Source of the DNA: an uncultured bacterium
Lineage (GTDB): Bacteria; Myxococcota_A; UBA9042; PHBI01
Direction: 5' to 3'
Length of the DNA stretch: 64,000 bases
NCBI GenBank assembly: GCA_938040325.1
Contig: CALHXW010000039.1
Span: 13,513-77,512, forward strand
The notes under the pieces are model-generated. The model was not told the DNA's origin and did no database searches. It saw nothing but the letters and a program-made list of their open reading frames with translations. Of this stretch, positions 36,620 to 53,564 are shown piece after piece (position 1 is the stretch's first letter; each line of letters starts with the position of its first letter). A program made the position numbers and the translations under genes.

Positions 36620-38851
36620 TTGAAAAAGGTCAAGTGGGGCTGGCGTCCATCACTTTGGGCAAGCTGGAAGCCATTCGGGATCGGCGAGCAGCGACCGAAC
36701 AACTACCTCGAGTTCACCAAGGCGTTTCGCGCGACGAAGGGCAATCGGCGCTATGCGTGGCGGATCCTCAAGAAGGGTGTCTGCGACGGCTGCGCGCTCG
36801 GAACGACGGGGATGCGCGACTGGACGCGGGATGGCGTGCACCTGTGCAACATCCGCTTGCGCTTGCTCTCGCTCAACACGGCCAAGGCGTTCGATCCGAG
36901 CCTTCTTGCAGACGTCGAGCGCCTCCAGGACATGCGCAACGGTGAGCTCCAGGAGATGGGCCGGCTGCCGACGCCGATGATCCGGCGCCGCGGCGACAAG
37001 GGCTTCACGCCGGTGTCATGGGACGATGCGCTTAGCGTCCTTGCTGACCGGCTCCGCGGGGTCGAACCGCAGCGGCTGGCGTTCTACCTGACAAGCCGCG
37101 GTCTCCCGAACGAGACCTACTACAGTGCTCAGAAGGCCGTGCGCGGGCTTGGCTCCAACAACATCGACAACGCCGCGCGCATCTGCCACTCGCCGTCGAC
37201 GTCTGGGCTCAAGCGTGGGCTTGGCGTGGCCGCGACGACGTGCTCCTACACCGATTGGATCGGCACCGATCTGGTCGTCTTCTTCGGCTCGAACGTCGCC
37301 AACAATCAGCCAGTGGCGACGAAGTACCTATATGCGGCACGGAAAGCCGGCACCAAGGTCGCGATCGTCAACAGCTACCGAGAACCCGGGATGGAGCGCT
37401 ACTGGATCCCGTCGATCTCCGACAGCGCGCTCTTTGGGACGAAGCTTGCGACCGACTTCTTCCTCGTCAACATCGGCGGCGACATCGCGTTCATCATGGG
37501 GGCGCTCAAGCAGCTCATCGCAGACGACGCTGTGGACCAGGACTTCATTGCCAACAAGACGAACGGGTTCGAGGCGCTCAAAGCACGCGTCGAAGCGACG
37601 CCCTGGGAGACGCTTGAGAGCCTCAGCGGGGTCTCGCGCGAGGAGATGGCCGGGTTCGCTGGCCTCGTTGCTGAGGCCGAGCGCGCGGTGTTCGTGTGGA
37701 GCATGGGGATCACCCAGCACACGTTCGGCGAGGACGCGGTGAGCGCCATCATCAACCTAGCGCTGACCAAAGGCTTTGTGGGGCGTGAGGGCTGCGGCCT
37801 GATGCCCATCCGCGGACACTCGGGCGTCCAAGGAGGCGCCGAGATGGGCGCCTACGCGACCGCGCTCCCAGGCGGGCGGCCCGTGAACCCTGAGGCTGCG
37901 GCGGAGCTCGCTGAGAGCTGGGGCTTTGAGGTGCCGTCGTGGCCGGGGCTCACCGCACCACAGATGATGGATGCAGCAGACCGCGGGGACCTCGAGGCGC
38001 TCTGGTCGGTTGGCGGGAACTGGCTCGACGTCGTGCCAGAGCCAGGCTGGGCCAAGCGCGCGCTCGAGAACGTGCCGGTGCGTGTTCACCACGACATCGT
38101 GATTGGCCGGCAGATGCTGCTTGAGCCGACCGAGCTGACGGTCCTGCTTCCGGCGGTGACGCGCTACGAGATCGCCGAGGGCTGCACCGAGACATCCACC
38201 GAGCGTCGCATCATCTTCAGCCCCGAGATCAAAGGGCCGCGCATCCCAGATGCCCGCCATGAGGGCGAAGTCCTCTACGAGCTTGCGCGGCGCGTTCGCC
38301 CGGAGCTTGAGGACGCGCTGGCGTGGCCCGGGACGCCGCAGCTGCGCAAGGAGATCGAGCGCGATGTCTCGTTCTATGCGGGGATCGGCGAGCTCTCCAA
38401 GCAAGGCGACAACGTGCAGTACGGCGGGCCGCACCTCTGCGCAGACGGTGTCTTTCCGACGCCGACAGGGCGCGCAAGCTTCGCTGACGTGCCGCTGCCT
38501 GCGACAGGTGCGCCCGACGGACAGTTCGTTGTCACGACCCGACGCGGAAAGCAGTTCAACAGCATCATCCACGAAGACAAGGATGCGATCACAGGCGCGC
38601 GGCGAGACGCGGTGCTGATGTCCCAGGACGACGCGACGCGCCTTGGCCTTGCCGATGGGGACCCTGTGTCGCTGTCCAACAGCCTCGGGCGCTATGACGG
38701 TCGTGTGCGGATCGCTCGGGTTCGCCCTGGAAATCTTCAGGTCCACTGGCCCGAAGGCAACGTTCTCATCGCCCGCGATCGGCGCTCACCCAACGCTCAG
38801 ATCTTCGACTACAACGCTGTCGTCTCCGTCGAGCGGCGCGCTGCCACCTGA
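36620..38851 (+). CDS. FdhF/YdeP family molybdopterin oxidoreductase
   Basis: CDGCALG, FYLTSR, ARICHSPS (Cys, not Sec), WSMGITQH, PIRGHSGVQG, TRRGKQFNS; TTG 36620 fits the GGAGG SD spacing. Confidence 0.9.
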   Translation: MKKVKWGWRPSLWASWKPFGIGEQRPNNYLEFTKAFRATKGNRRYAWRILKKGVCDGCALGTTGMRDWTRDGVHLCNIRLRLLSLNTAKAFDPSLLADVERLQDMRNGELQEMGRLPTPMIRRRGDKGFTPVSWDDALSVLADRLRGVEPQRLAFYLTSRGLPNETYYSAQKAVRGLGSNNIDNAARICHSPSTSGLKRGLGVAATTCSYTDWIGTDLVVFFGSNVANNQPVATKYLYAARKAGTKVAIVNSYREPGMERYWIPSISDSALFGTKLATDFFLVNIGGDIAFIMGALKQLIADDAVDQDFIANKTNGFEALKARVEATPWETLESLSGVSREEMAGFAGLVAEAERAVFVWSMGITQHTFGEDAVSAIINLALTKGFVGREGCGLMPIRGHSGVQGGAEMGAYATALPGGRPVNPEAAAELAESWGFEVPSWPGLTAPQMMDAADRGDLEALWSVGGNWLDVVPEPGWAKRALENVPVRVHHDIVIGRQMLLEPTELTVLLPAVTRYEIAEGCTETSTERRIIFSPEIKGPRIPDARHEGEVLYELARRVRPELEDALAWPGTPQLRKEIERDVSFYAGIGELSKQGDNVQYGGPHLCADGVFPTPTGRASFADVPLPATGAPDGQFVVTTRRGKQFNSIIHEDKDAITGARRDAVLMSQDDATRLGLADGDPVSLSNSLGRYDGRVRIARVRPGNLQVHWPEGNVLIARDRRSPNAQIFDYNAVVSVERRAAT

Positions 38852-38955
38852 TGGATCGCCGGGAGCATTTTGCCGGACCCGTGGGTTTCCCATAGAGTGC
38901 TGAGACGCACAGTTTTGGTGAGCGATGACGACAGCGTGGTCCGACGGGAGTTCCG

Positions 38956-39879
38956 GTGAGCAAGTTTCTGGTCAATGTGGTCGCAGGAGCCTTTGTGGTG
39001 GCCGCGCTGCTCACAACAGCGACGAGCGCGACGGCTGCGGAAGGGGCTGCTGACCGCGCCGAGCGCCTTGCGAGCGACGCTCGCGACAAATACAAAGCGG
39101 GCGACTTCGAGGGCGCTGTCGCGCTCTACATGGAAGCCTACGAGACAGCCTCGACCGCTGAGTTGCTCTACAACATCGCCTACATCTACGACAAAAAGCT
39201 CGGCGACAGTGAGCTTGCCCTCGACTACTACCGCCGCGTTCGGTCGGCGGAAGGTGTTGACGCAACGCTGCGGAAGAAGGCCTCGACGCGCATCGATGCG
39301 CTGGAGGAGCGCTTGGCACGTACCAAGCCCGACCCTGGCGGAGGGACGAACACGGGCGGTGGCAGCGGGAACTGGGGTCACCTGAGCCCGAGCGGCGGGG
39401 GCAATGCCAGCGCAGGCGGCGGGGGCAATGGCAGCGCAGGCGGCGGCGACAACGGAACGACGGGCGGGGGCAACACAACGGGCGGCGGCAACGCGACCGG
39501 CGGCGGCAACGTCTGGCAGGGCCATCGACCCGTACCGGGCGATGACGGCGGCGCAGGCGCAGGGGCGTGGATCTTGATCGGGACGGGCAGCGCGCTCTTG
39601 GCCGGCGGCGTCGTGTTTGCGGTGACTGCAAAGTCGACGCACGACGAGTTTCTTAGCGCTGCAAGCGCTTCTGAGAAGCGCGAGCTCAAAGAGTCCGGCG
39701 AGACGGAGGCGCTTGTCGGCGACATCCTCATGGGAGCCGGCGGCGTCGCGCTCATCACCGGCATCATCCTTGCGGCGTCGGCCGGGAGCAGCTCAAGGTC
39801 GAGCCAGTCGTCAAACTTCGAGCTACGCCCGGCGTTGATGCCTGGCGGAGCTGGGCTCGTGCTGGGAGGCAGCCTGTGA
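38956..39879 (+). CDS. Exported TPR protein with Gly-Asn-rich linker and hydrophobic C-terminal segments
   Basis: Signal peptide; YKAGDFEGAVALY...LLYNIA; GGGN repeats near 39394-39510; C-terminal PGGAGLVLGGSL. Confidence 0.7.
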   Translation: MSKFLVNVVAGAFVVAALLTTATSATAAEGAADRAERLASDARDKYKAGDFEGAVALYMEAYETASTAELLYNIAYIYDKKLGDSELALDYYRRVRSAEGVDATLRKKASTRIDALEERLARTKPDPGGGTNTGGGSGNWGHLSPSGGGNASAGGGGNGSAGGGDNGTTGGGNTTGGGNATGGGNVWQGHRPVPGDDGGAGAGAWILIGTGSALLAGGVVFAVTAKSTHDEFLSAASASEKRELKESGETEALVGDILMGAGGVALITGIILAASAGSSSRSSQSSNFELRPALMPGGAGLVLGGSL

Positions 39880-41405
39880 GCGCACGCGGGATGGGCGCCT
39901 TCGCCTTCGTCTTTGCAGTGACCCTGGGAGGGTGCTCGTTCGCGCTCGACTTCCAGGAAGAGTGTTCGTCCGACAACGACTGCGCCAATCGCGGCGCGAG
40001 CTTTTTCTGCGACGCTGGGTTCTGTGAGCAACGCCAAGTCATCTCGGCGAGCGGTCCATGCACCAAGATCTACGGTGCCGACCCGCGCCAAGCGCTGCCA
40101 AACACGGTCTTTACGATCGGTATTGCCCTACCCAAGAGCGGTCTGCTCGCCGACGCTGGGCAGCGAATGGATGAGGCGGTCGCACTGGCCGTCAGCGAGA
40201 TGAATCAGCTCTCCGGTGTGCTGGGCGTCGCGCTCGCCGCCGTCTCATGCGACACCAAGACCACCAACGAGGGAGCGCTCGAGGCCGTCGACCACCTCGT
40301 GAACGTGGTCGGTGTCGACGCGATCATCGGCGCCGGTGCGAGCTCGTTCACCATCAACGCCTTCACGAACATCGCCGCTCCGGCCGGCGTGCTGATGATC
40401 TCGCCGTCAGCGACGTCGCCGGCGCTGACCGGGATTCCCGATCAGTCATTGCTTTGGCGTACCGTCGCAAGCGACGCGATCCAAGGGCTCGCGATTGCGC
40501 GCCTCATCGACCAAGTGCAGCTCGGCAAGGTGGCGGTGATCCACCAGAGCGATGCGTACGGCACGGGGCTCTCGATCGAGGTCAACAACCTCCTCTGCTC
40601 CGAGACGACGGCGTTCACCTGCGACAACGAGAACTTCAAGCTCTACAACTACCCGGTCGACGACCCGATCGTGCGCGACCAAGCGTTTGCGACGATCGTC
40701 ACTCAGCTCGTCTCATCGCCCCCGGACGTGATCGTGTTGATCGGGTTTCCGGCAGACGGCTCAGCCTTCATCAACCAGGCGTCGGCGGCTGGTGTAGCCC
40801 CTCAGTACATCCTGACCGATGGCCTGCGCGCACCCGCGTTGCTCGGTCAAGAAGAGGGCGTTGAGCCCATTAGCGACGTCAACATCCTGGAGTGCGTCGT
40901 CGGTACGAACCCTGCGTCGCCCTCGGGAGAGCTCTTTGAGACGTTCGAGGATCGCTGGCTTGGACAGTTTGCCCAGCCGCCTCATCCATTCTCAGCCAAC
41001 GCGTACGATGCAACGTACCTCCTCGCCTTTGCGCTTGCGGCGGCTCGCGGGGCCGGCGTCGATAGCCTCGACTCACTCCGCGGTCAGGACCTCGCTGCCG
41101 GACTCGCCCGCATGTCCAGCGGTGACCGTGTCGAGGTCGGCTTTCAGAACTTCACGAACGCGGTTCGAATCCTCAGCGAAAGTCCGACGTCGACGATCGA
41201 CGTCGTCGGCATCTCCGGACCGCTCGACTTCGACAGCACCACGGGCGAGGCCCCGTCCGGGATCGAGCTCTGGCGTTTCGCGCCGTCGGCGGGCGAAATT
41301 GTCAACCTCGGTGTCGTGTTGGACGACCAAAACGTGTATAAGGGAGGGGAGCTTGTGCCTTCGCAGCCCGCTGCGGAGTGCTTGGGTCGCCGCGAATGGC
41401 CCTGA
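39876..41405 (+). CDS. LivK-like (type I) substrate-binding lipoprotein with Cys-rich N-terminus
   Basis: Lipobox LGGC; IGIALPKSG, IIGAGASS, ISPSATSPALT, WRTVASDAIQG, DAYGTGL, YDATYL, GISGPLDFD. Confidence 0.85.
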   Translation: MSARGMGAFAFVFAVTLGGCSFALDFQEECSSDNDCANRGASFFCDAGFCEQRQVISASGPCTKIYGADPRQALPNTVFTIGIALPKSGLLADAGQRMDEAVALAVSEMNQLSGVLGVALAAVSCDTKTTNEGALEAVDHLVNVVGVDAIIGAGASSFTINAFTNIAAPAGVLMISPSATSPALTGIPDQSLLWRTVASDAIQGLAIARLIDQVQLGKVAVIHQSDAYGTGLSIEVNNLLCSETTAFTCDNENFKLYNYPVDDPIVRDQAFATIVTQLVSSPPDVIVLIGFPADGSAFINQASAAGVAPQYILTDGLRAPALLGQEEGVEPISDVNILECVVGTNPASPSGELFETFEDRWLGQFAQPPHPFSANAYDATYLLAFALAAARGAGVDSLDSLRGQDLAAGLARMSSGDRVEVGFQNFTNAVRILSESPTSTIDVVGISGPLDFDSTTGEAPSGIELWRFAPSAGEIVNLGVVLDDQNVYKGGELVPSQPAAECLGRREWP

Positions 41406-41449
41406 CACGCTCGCGCTAGGTCGCACGCACACGAGGTCTTGCCCTCACG

Positions 41450-43521
<2,072 letters not shown>

Positions 43522-43525
<4 letters not shown>

Positions 43526-43657
43526 CAGCGTTGCCGGGAAATACGAAATCCGATGACTTTGCGATGCGCTCAACGGGTCTCAGGGGCGCAGCTCCTGTTG
43601 ACCTCGAGATCACCTTGTCCCGAGGTCAGGTCGATTCATCGGTGCGGCGACGTCTGA
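43522..43657. repeat. Family A element starting on the kinase TAG stop
   Basis: First 48 nt match the 4786 copy at 38 of 46 aligned positions; ACCTCGAGATCACCTT (43601-43616) vs ACCTCAAGATCACCTT (4847-4862); right arm degenerate. Confidence 0.78.
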
Positions 43658-44062
43658 CGTGACCCAAGACGCGAGGGTGCAGGACTGGCGACCCCACTGC
43701 AGCCCGCGGAACCCAGAAGCTCGCTGGACGCCGTTGGCGTCTCAAGCGGACCGCGTGCCGCTATTGTAGGCCTCGACGACCGATAGCCATTCGACGCTCA
43801 AGCTAGGTCACCCACTCATACTGGGTGGCGTTGTGAAACGGCCAACGCCTCTGTTTGGGACGACGTGTCCCGGGTCGACCGCTCGCTCAGCTGTAGGCTT
43901 CCCGGAGCTCGCTCGGAGGCGTTGGAGGCCGCCCGGCGACGGGAGAGCTCTGTCTAGCCTCGGCGAGGCGATTCGGCGGTTGGCGGCTTAGACGAAAATG
44001 GTGCGTGCCCATGTTCCTGCTCGCGTGCAAGCGCTACGCAGCTGGCCGTGACGCACGGACGG

Positions 44063-44097
44063 CAAACAAAAGGGGCCGCACGTCTGTGCGGCCCCTT
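44063..44097 (-). terminator. Rho-independent terminator
   Basis: 12-bp perfect stem AAGGGGCCGCAC/GTGCGGCCCCTT, 4-nt loop, T-rich tail on the minus strand, 21 nt after the 44119 stop. Confidence 0.85.
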
Positions 44098-44118
44098 CCT
44101 ACTCTTACGAGTTTGACG

Positions 44119-45639
44119 CTACTGCGGTCCGAGCTGCCCGTCGTCGAGCCAAGCTTGGATCAAGTCCTGCTCGGCTTGGGTGAGGCAGTTGGTGCTGTCG
44201 TCAGCCGCGGGGCTTCCGTCGCACGTGCCCAACGGGCGCGGCATCTCGCCCGCCTGGATGAGGACGAGCGCGTAGGAGCCAACGGTCTCGCCAGCCGTCG
44301 GGGCCGGGGTCAGCGCCGAGTCAGCGATGAGCTGCGAGTCAGCGTACGCCGCGTTCACGTCCGTCTGGCCGATCGAGTGACCGCCGCTGGAGCCAGCCGT
44401 GTGGCAGCCGCCGCAGTTGGCCATGAAGATGCCGTGGACCTGGTCGAAGGTGACCGGGGCCGGCGTGGTGTCCATGGGCATCGCCGTGTCGGTCGAGCCG
44501 GCATCCATCGCCTCGTCAGCAGGGGCCTCCGGCTCCGGCTCCGGACCAGGCTCGGGGCCCGGCTCGGCGACGTTCGGAACGTCGAAGGTGTAGTTGGAGC
44601 AGTCGAGCAGGAACTCGGAGGCAGGGTCTTCCTCGGTGAAGCCGCAGTAGTACCAAGCGTTGTCCGGGTCCCAGCCGCATCCGTCGCCGCCGCAGTCTTC
44701 CTCGATGATCTCGTTGTTGGCGCAGTAGTAGGTGGTGCTACCCGTGCAGCAGCCAACGATCGTCAGGTCGCCACAGGCGTTCGGGACGCACTCACGGTCG
44801 GCGTTGCAGAACTCGCCGTCGGCGCACTCGCCGCAGTTGCCGCCGCACTTGTCGGCGCAGTCTTCGCAGGCACCCTCAGCGCTGCACTCCTGGCCGGCAT
44901 CGCACGTGCCGCACTCTTGGCCGCAGTCGAAGCCGCAGGCCTGGTTCGAGCAAGCATCAGCGCAAGCCTCGCCGGGGCAGAGGTAGTCGAAGTTGCCAGA
45001 CGTGTCGGGCAGCTCCTCGTCGATGCACCAGAAGTAGCTCTCGGTGCCAAGCCAACCGCAGACGCCGCCAACATTGTTGGTGGGGCCGTCGGTGGGGCAG
45101 TCGAACGACTGGAGGACACCCTCTTCGTCGCACCAGGTGACAACGCCGTTGGCGCCGCAGCAGCCCTCGAAGGTGATGTCGCCGCAGCCGCCAGGCCCGC
45201 CAGCCGAGCACTCACCGGTCGCGGTGCAGATCTCGCCGTCGGGGCACTCACCGCAGCTGTTGCCGCAGGAGTCGCTACCGCACTGAGCCGTGCCGCAGTC
45301 GGGGAGCGTTGGTGAGCCGCCGCCACAGGTGCCGGCCTGGCACTGCTGGTCTTCAACGCATGCGTTGCCGGTGCTGCAGGCGGTGCCGTCAGCTGCGTTG
45401 GCAACCTCGCAGGCGCCCGACGTGGTGTTGCACGAAGCGACCTGGCACGGATTGGCGGGCTGGGTGCAGCTGGAGTCATCGGTGCAGCCAGTGGTGCCCG
45501 TGTCCGTGGAGCTGTCCGTGCCCGTGTTGGTGTCTTCGGTCGTGCCGTTGTCGGGGTTGTCGTTGGTGTCGTCATCACCGCAAGCAACCAACAGGCTACC
45601 TGCTGCGAGGACAGTGAAAAGCAAGCGTGTAGTACGCAA
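44119..45639 (-). CDS. Cys-rich repeat lipoprotein with C-terminal c-type cytochrome domain
   Basis: Lipobox LVAC; many CGxDxCGxxCGxC-type repeats; PGPEPGPEPEPE linker; CGGCH, EMP, LIQAWLDDG. Confidence 0.75.
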   Translation of the reverse strand: MRTTRLLFTVLAAGSLLVACGDDDTNDNPDNGTTEDTNTGTDSSTDTGTTGCTDDSSCTQPANPCQVASCNTTSGACEVANAADGTACSTGNACVEDQQCQAGTCGGGSPTLPDCGTAQCGSDSCGNSCGECPDGEICTATGECSAGGPGGCGDITFEGCCGANGVVTWCDEEGVLQSFDCPTDGPTNNVGGVCGWLGTESYFWCIDEELPDTSGNFDYLCPGEACADACSNQACGFDCGQECGTCDAGQECSAEGACEDCADKCGGNCGECADGEFCNADRECVPNACGDLTIVGCCTGSTTYYCANNEIIEEDCGGDGCGWDPDNAWYYCGFTEEDPASEFLLDCSNYTFDVPNVAEPGPEPGPEPEPEAPADEAMDAGSTDTAMPMDTTPAPVTFDQVHGIFMANCGGCHTAGSSGGHSIGQTDVNAAYADSQLIADSALTPAPTAGETVGSYALVLIQAGEMPRPLGTCDGSPAADDSTNCLTQAEQDLIQAWLDDGQLGPQ

Positions 45640-45952
45640 CGTCGGCTCCTGTGAGAGGTTGTCCGGTGAAAGTACCGGGCCGCCGAGGTGGCTGCAAGCA
45701 CCACGAGTCGACGGTCAAGGGGGGATGCCGAGATTCTGCGCGGTTGTCAATGCATTACCAACGGTTAACCCGCACGCTCGCTATGGTTTCCATCGATGCT
45801 GCCGACGCGGCGAGGGGCTCAAGCTCGTTTGTCGAGCCGCAAGCCGGTGCGATCCGCCGTCACGCCGCGAGTTGGAGCGCTCTGCGCCCGCGAAGCAGCG
45901 GTTCGGCAGGCTGGCTGGCGCGCGGCGTTGCTCCCGCCGGACGTTGGTATGG

Positions 45953-47164
45953 CTACACGCAGTGCTGATCGTCGCGTGGGCACTTGAAGCGGATGTGGAT
46001 GTGGTTGGAGTGGCCAGGCTCATGGCGGATCAGGCCGCGCATTGCGCGCTTGCCGCGCGGGTACTGGAACATCCGCTCGAGCAGATAGGCGTCTTCACCG
46101 CGCTTTTTCGCCCAGTTGTAGAATCGCTTCTGCACGTCGTAGCTGATGAACATGTAGTCGACACGCGACTCGGCATCGCTCGAGCCCGCCAGCGCTTTCA
46201 AGAACGTCCACGTCGTCTCAAAGTCAACGGGATGGCGGCTCGTTCGATAGAAAGCACGAGGCCCCTGGCGCGACAGGTTCTTGAAGTAGAAGCCGACGTC
46301 CGCGTCCCGGCCGTTCTGGTGGGAGACATGTTTGGCGAGCTTGCCGCCATGCTCGGCGCTGAGGTCCCCAATCGCGAGGTCATGAGCGTTGGGGTGGTAG
46401 CTGCGGACCACATCGATGGCATCGAGAAGCGCATCGATGGTCTCGGCCGTGCCCCACGAACGCTCTGGGCGCCGTCGGTAGTAGCCGGGGCCCGTGGGCA
46501 TCTGGACGCCGTTGACCAGCTTTCCGGCTTGGGGCTTACCTTCGGCCTCAGAGTGGCTGTAGGTAGACTCTTGCAGGATGGTCAGCTGGTCGCCGATCCG
46601 AAGCCTGGTCGACTTCTTCTTCGGATTCCACTTCTTGAGCTGCTCGAGCGTGACACCGTGGGCGCGAGCGATGCGCGTGAGGTTGTCGCCAGCACTGATG
46701 CGGTAGAGCAGCTTCGTCTTCGGCTTCACCCGTCGGGTCGGCTGAAGCTGTAGGTGGTCGCCCGCCTTCATCGACCACTTGCTCTTGTAGCGCCGGCCGC
46801 GCTTGCGGCGCCGCTTGAGCTGCGGGTTCATCTCTTTGACGTGGGCAATGGTGACGCCGTAGGTCTCACAGATGCTGGCCAGGGTGTCTCCGCCCTCGAC
46901 CGTGTGGTGGATCACCGGGAGGTGACCTTCGCCGGTGATCACTGGCGGTGCAGCCCCGCAGATTCTGGGGATTGTCAGCTTTTGCTTGAGCCTGACGAGG
47001 TCGCGCGTGAGACCGTTCGCCTGACGGATTGCGTCCACAGTGCAGTCAAAGCGCTTGGCAATCTTGGTGAGGTTATCGCCTCGCTTGACGACGTACGTCT
47101 CGGCCTGGGCGTCACCAGCAACAAGGCCGGTGGCGATCAGCGCCATACATAGCCACTTGAACAT
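45953..47164 (-). CDS. Triple-LysM, MepA-like penicillin-insensitive murein endopeptidase
   Basis: YVVKRGDNLTKIA, HTVEGGDTLASI, YRISAGDNLTRIA; IGDLS...HVSHQNGRDAD; HSNHIHIRFKC; AAGGA SD. Confidence 0.88.
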   Translation of the reverse strand: MFKWLCMALIATGLVAGDAQAETYVVKRGDNLTKIAKRFDCTVDAIRQANGLTRDLVRLKQKLTIPRICGAAPPVITGEGHLPVIHHTVEGGDTLASICETYGVTIAHVKEMNPQLKRRRKRGRRYKSKWSMKAGDHLQLQPTRRVKPKTKLLYRISAGDNLTRIARAHGVTLEQLKKWNPKKKSTRLRIGDQLTILQESTYSHSEAEGKPQAGKLVNGVQMPTGPGYYRRRPERSWGTAETIDALLDAIDVVRSYHPNAHDLAIGDLSAEHGGKLAKHVSHQNGRDADVGFYFKNLSRQGPRAFYRTSRHPVDFETTWTFLKALAGSSDAESRVDYMFISYDVQKRFYNWAKKRGEDAYLLERMFQYPRGKRAMRGLIRHEPGHSNHIHIRFKCPRDDQHCV

Positions 47165-47520
47165 GTCCGTATCCTTCGTTCGTGCCCGCGTTTGAGCGAA
47201 CTGGCATAGGGGACCCGACATTCCCTTCGCCGCCGTCAGATTCCACACCGGTCGGCCGATTGTCCACTTTCGAACCTTGGACTTGTAAGGCTCACGTCGA
47301 GTCGTGAGGGTCCCCCCGGTTCAAGTGCCTGTCTAAGTGGCCGCAAATGGTCTCGGTTTTCCGCTGGCTAGCCACTTGGCGTTGAGCAAGTAGCCAGTGC
47401 ACGTGTCGCATCGATTCGTCTGGATGTGACTGTTAAGCCACTTTACATGGCCGCTGTGACTCATTAGCGTGGCGGCTATGTCCGTCCGTCCATCCGCCCG
47501 CACGCGCCGCGAGACCTGAG

Positions 47521-52422
<4,902 letters not shown>

Positions 52423-52499
52423 ACGGCAGCGCCGGAATGCGACGCCATCGCGATGCCGTTAGTCCGCTGAGTGTCCGCGGAGACGCCGGAGTCGTTCAG

Positions 52500-53513
52500 A
52501 TGCAAGAACACAGACCGCCACGAACAAGGCGCCGACGAGGTGGATACCGAGCGACCCTCGTCCTGCTCTTCGCTGGGGCTGTCGGGCTCTTCGCGCTGGC
52601 GCCATCCGACGCCCTCGCAGAGTCTCCTCGCTCGGTCGGCGAGGTAGAGCCCATCACGTTTGCCAGCCCGTCGGTCGGCAAGCGGCGGGTCAAGGCGATG
52701 GTGTACCTGCCGGCGGGCTACCAGACGTCCGGCGAGCGATACCCTGTCCTCTATGCGCTGCACGGTCTCGGGGGGCACGGTCGCGACTGGTTCGACTCGA
52801 AGAAGGGCAACCTCGAGGGCAAGCTCGACGGCCTGATCGCCGCTGGCGTCATCCCGCCCATGATCGTGGTCGCGCCTGACGGCGGCAACCAATACTGGAC
52901 CAACCACCTCGGCGCGGAGAAGCGCCGCTTCGGCGACCTTGTCAGCGTCGACTTGGTTCGCCACATCGAGGCGACCTACCGGGTACGGGCCGAGCGCAGC
53001 GGCCGAGCGCTCGTCGGCATCTCGGCGGGTGGACACGGCGCCGTCTCGATTGCGCTCAGACACACGGATGACTACTGCGCGGTTGTCAGCCTCGGCGGCG
53101 CGCTCTTTCGCGAGGCGCCAACGCACCGCAAGATCTATCGCCGCGTCTGGGGTGAACCCGGGCCAGGCAACGACGGCACTCACTGGCGAGCGACCAGCCC
53201 GGTCGCGCTGGTCGCCAGTGCGTCGCCAGAGACGCGCTGGCCGGCCGTGTTTCTGAGCGCAGGACGGGACGACAACAAGGGCAAAGCAAAGTTCGTGGAG
53301 CTCGCGCGCGCCTTCTCAGCTCAGCTCACCGCACGTGGCGTTCGCCATGAGATGGTCGAAGCGGAAGGCGGCCACCAGTGGTCGGCGTGGATGGAGCCGG
53401 TCGACCAGTGGCTCGCCTTCATCGGCAAGTCGTTTCAAACACCAGACGCCGTCGCGCCCGAGCCTGCGGGGCCAACCGGCAACCTCGACGCGCGGCCCGC
53501 ACCAGCGCCCTGA
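52500..53513 (+). CDS. Exported alpha/beta-hydrolase esterase
   Basis: VYLPAGY...RYPVLYALHG, GISAGG nucleophile elbow, GGHQW. Confidence 0.85.
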   Translation: MQEHRPPRTRRRRGGYRATLVLLFAGAVGLFALAPSDALAESPRSVGEVEPITFASPSVGKRRVKAMVYLPAGYQTSGERYPVLYALHGLGGHGRDWFDSKKGNLEGKLDGLIAAGVIPPMIVVAPDGGNQYWTNHLGAEKRRFGDLVSVDLVRHIEATYRVRAERSGRALVGISAGGHGAVSIALRHTDDYCAVVSLGGALFREAPTHRKIYRRVWGEPGPGNDGTHWRATSPVALVASASPETRWPAVFLSAGRDDNKGKAKFVELARAFSAQLTARGVRHEMVEAEGGHQWSAWMEPVDQWLAFIGKSFQTPDAVAPEPAGPTGNLDARPAPAP

Positions 53514-53564
53514 GCGCGCTCCCCGTGTGGAGACAGTGCTGCCAGGGTGATGGCCGGCACGGCG

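Noticed and set aside
36620..38851. Selenocysteine formate dehydrogenase
   Set aside because: Active-site codon is TGC (ICHSPS) and the frame is uninterrupted
1..38851. Reductive glycine pathway from gcv + folD + Fdh-like genes
   Set aside because: No formate-THF ligase in the window, the loci are 30 kb apart, and YdeP-type enzymes are not proven formate dehydrogenases
43600..43650. SRP RNA (AGGTCAGGTC)
   Set aside because: Lacks the GNRA tetraloop and downstream AGCAG of domain IV; explained by the family A repeat
44005..46753. Long + strand ORFs 44005-45315 and 45290-46753, and similar shadow ORFs throughout
   Set aside because: Antisense to well-supported genes with no recognisable motifs; expected in high-GC DNA
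47275..47330. tRNA-like sequence (two hairpins plus GGTTCAAGT)
   Set aside because: T-stem and acceptor stem cannot be paired; no D arm or CCA
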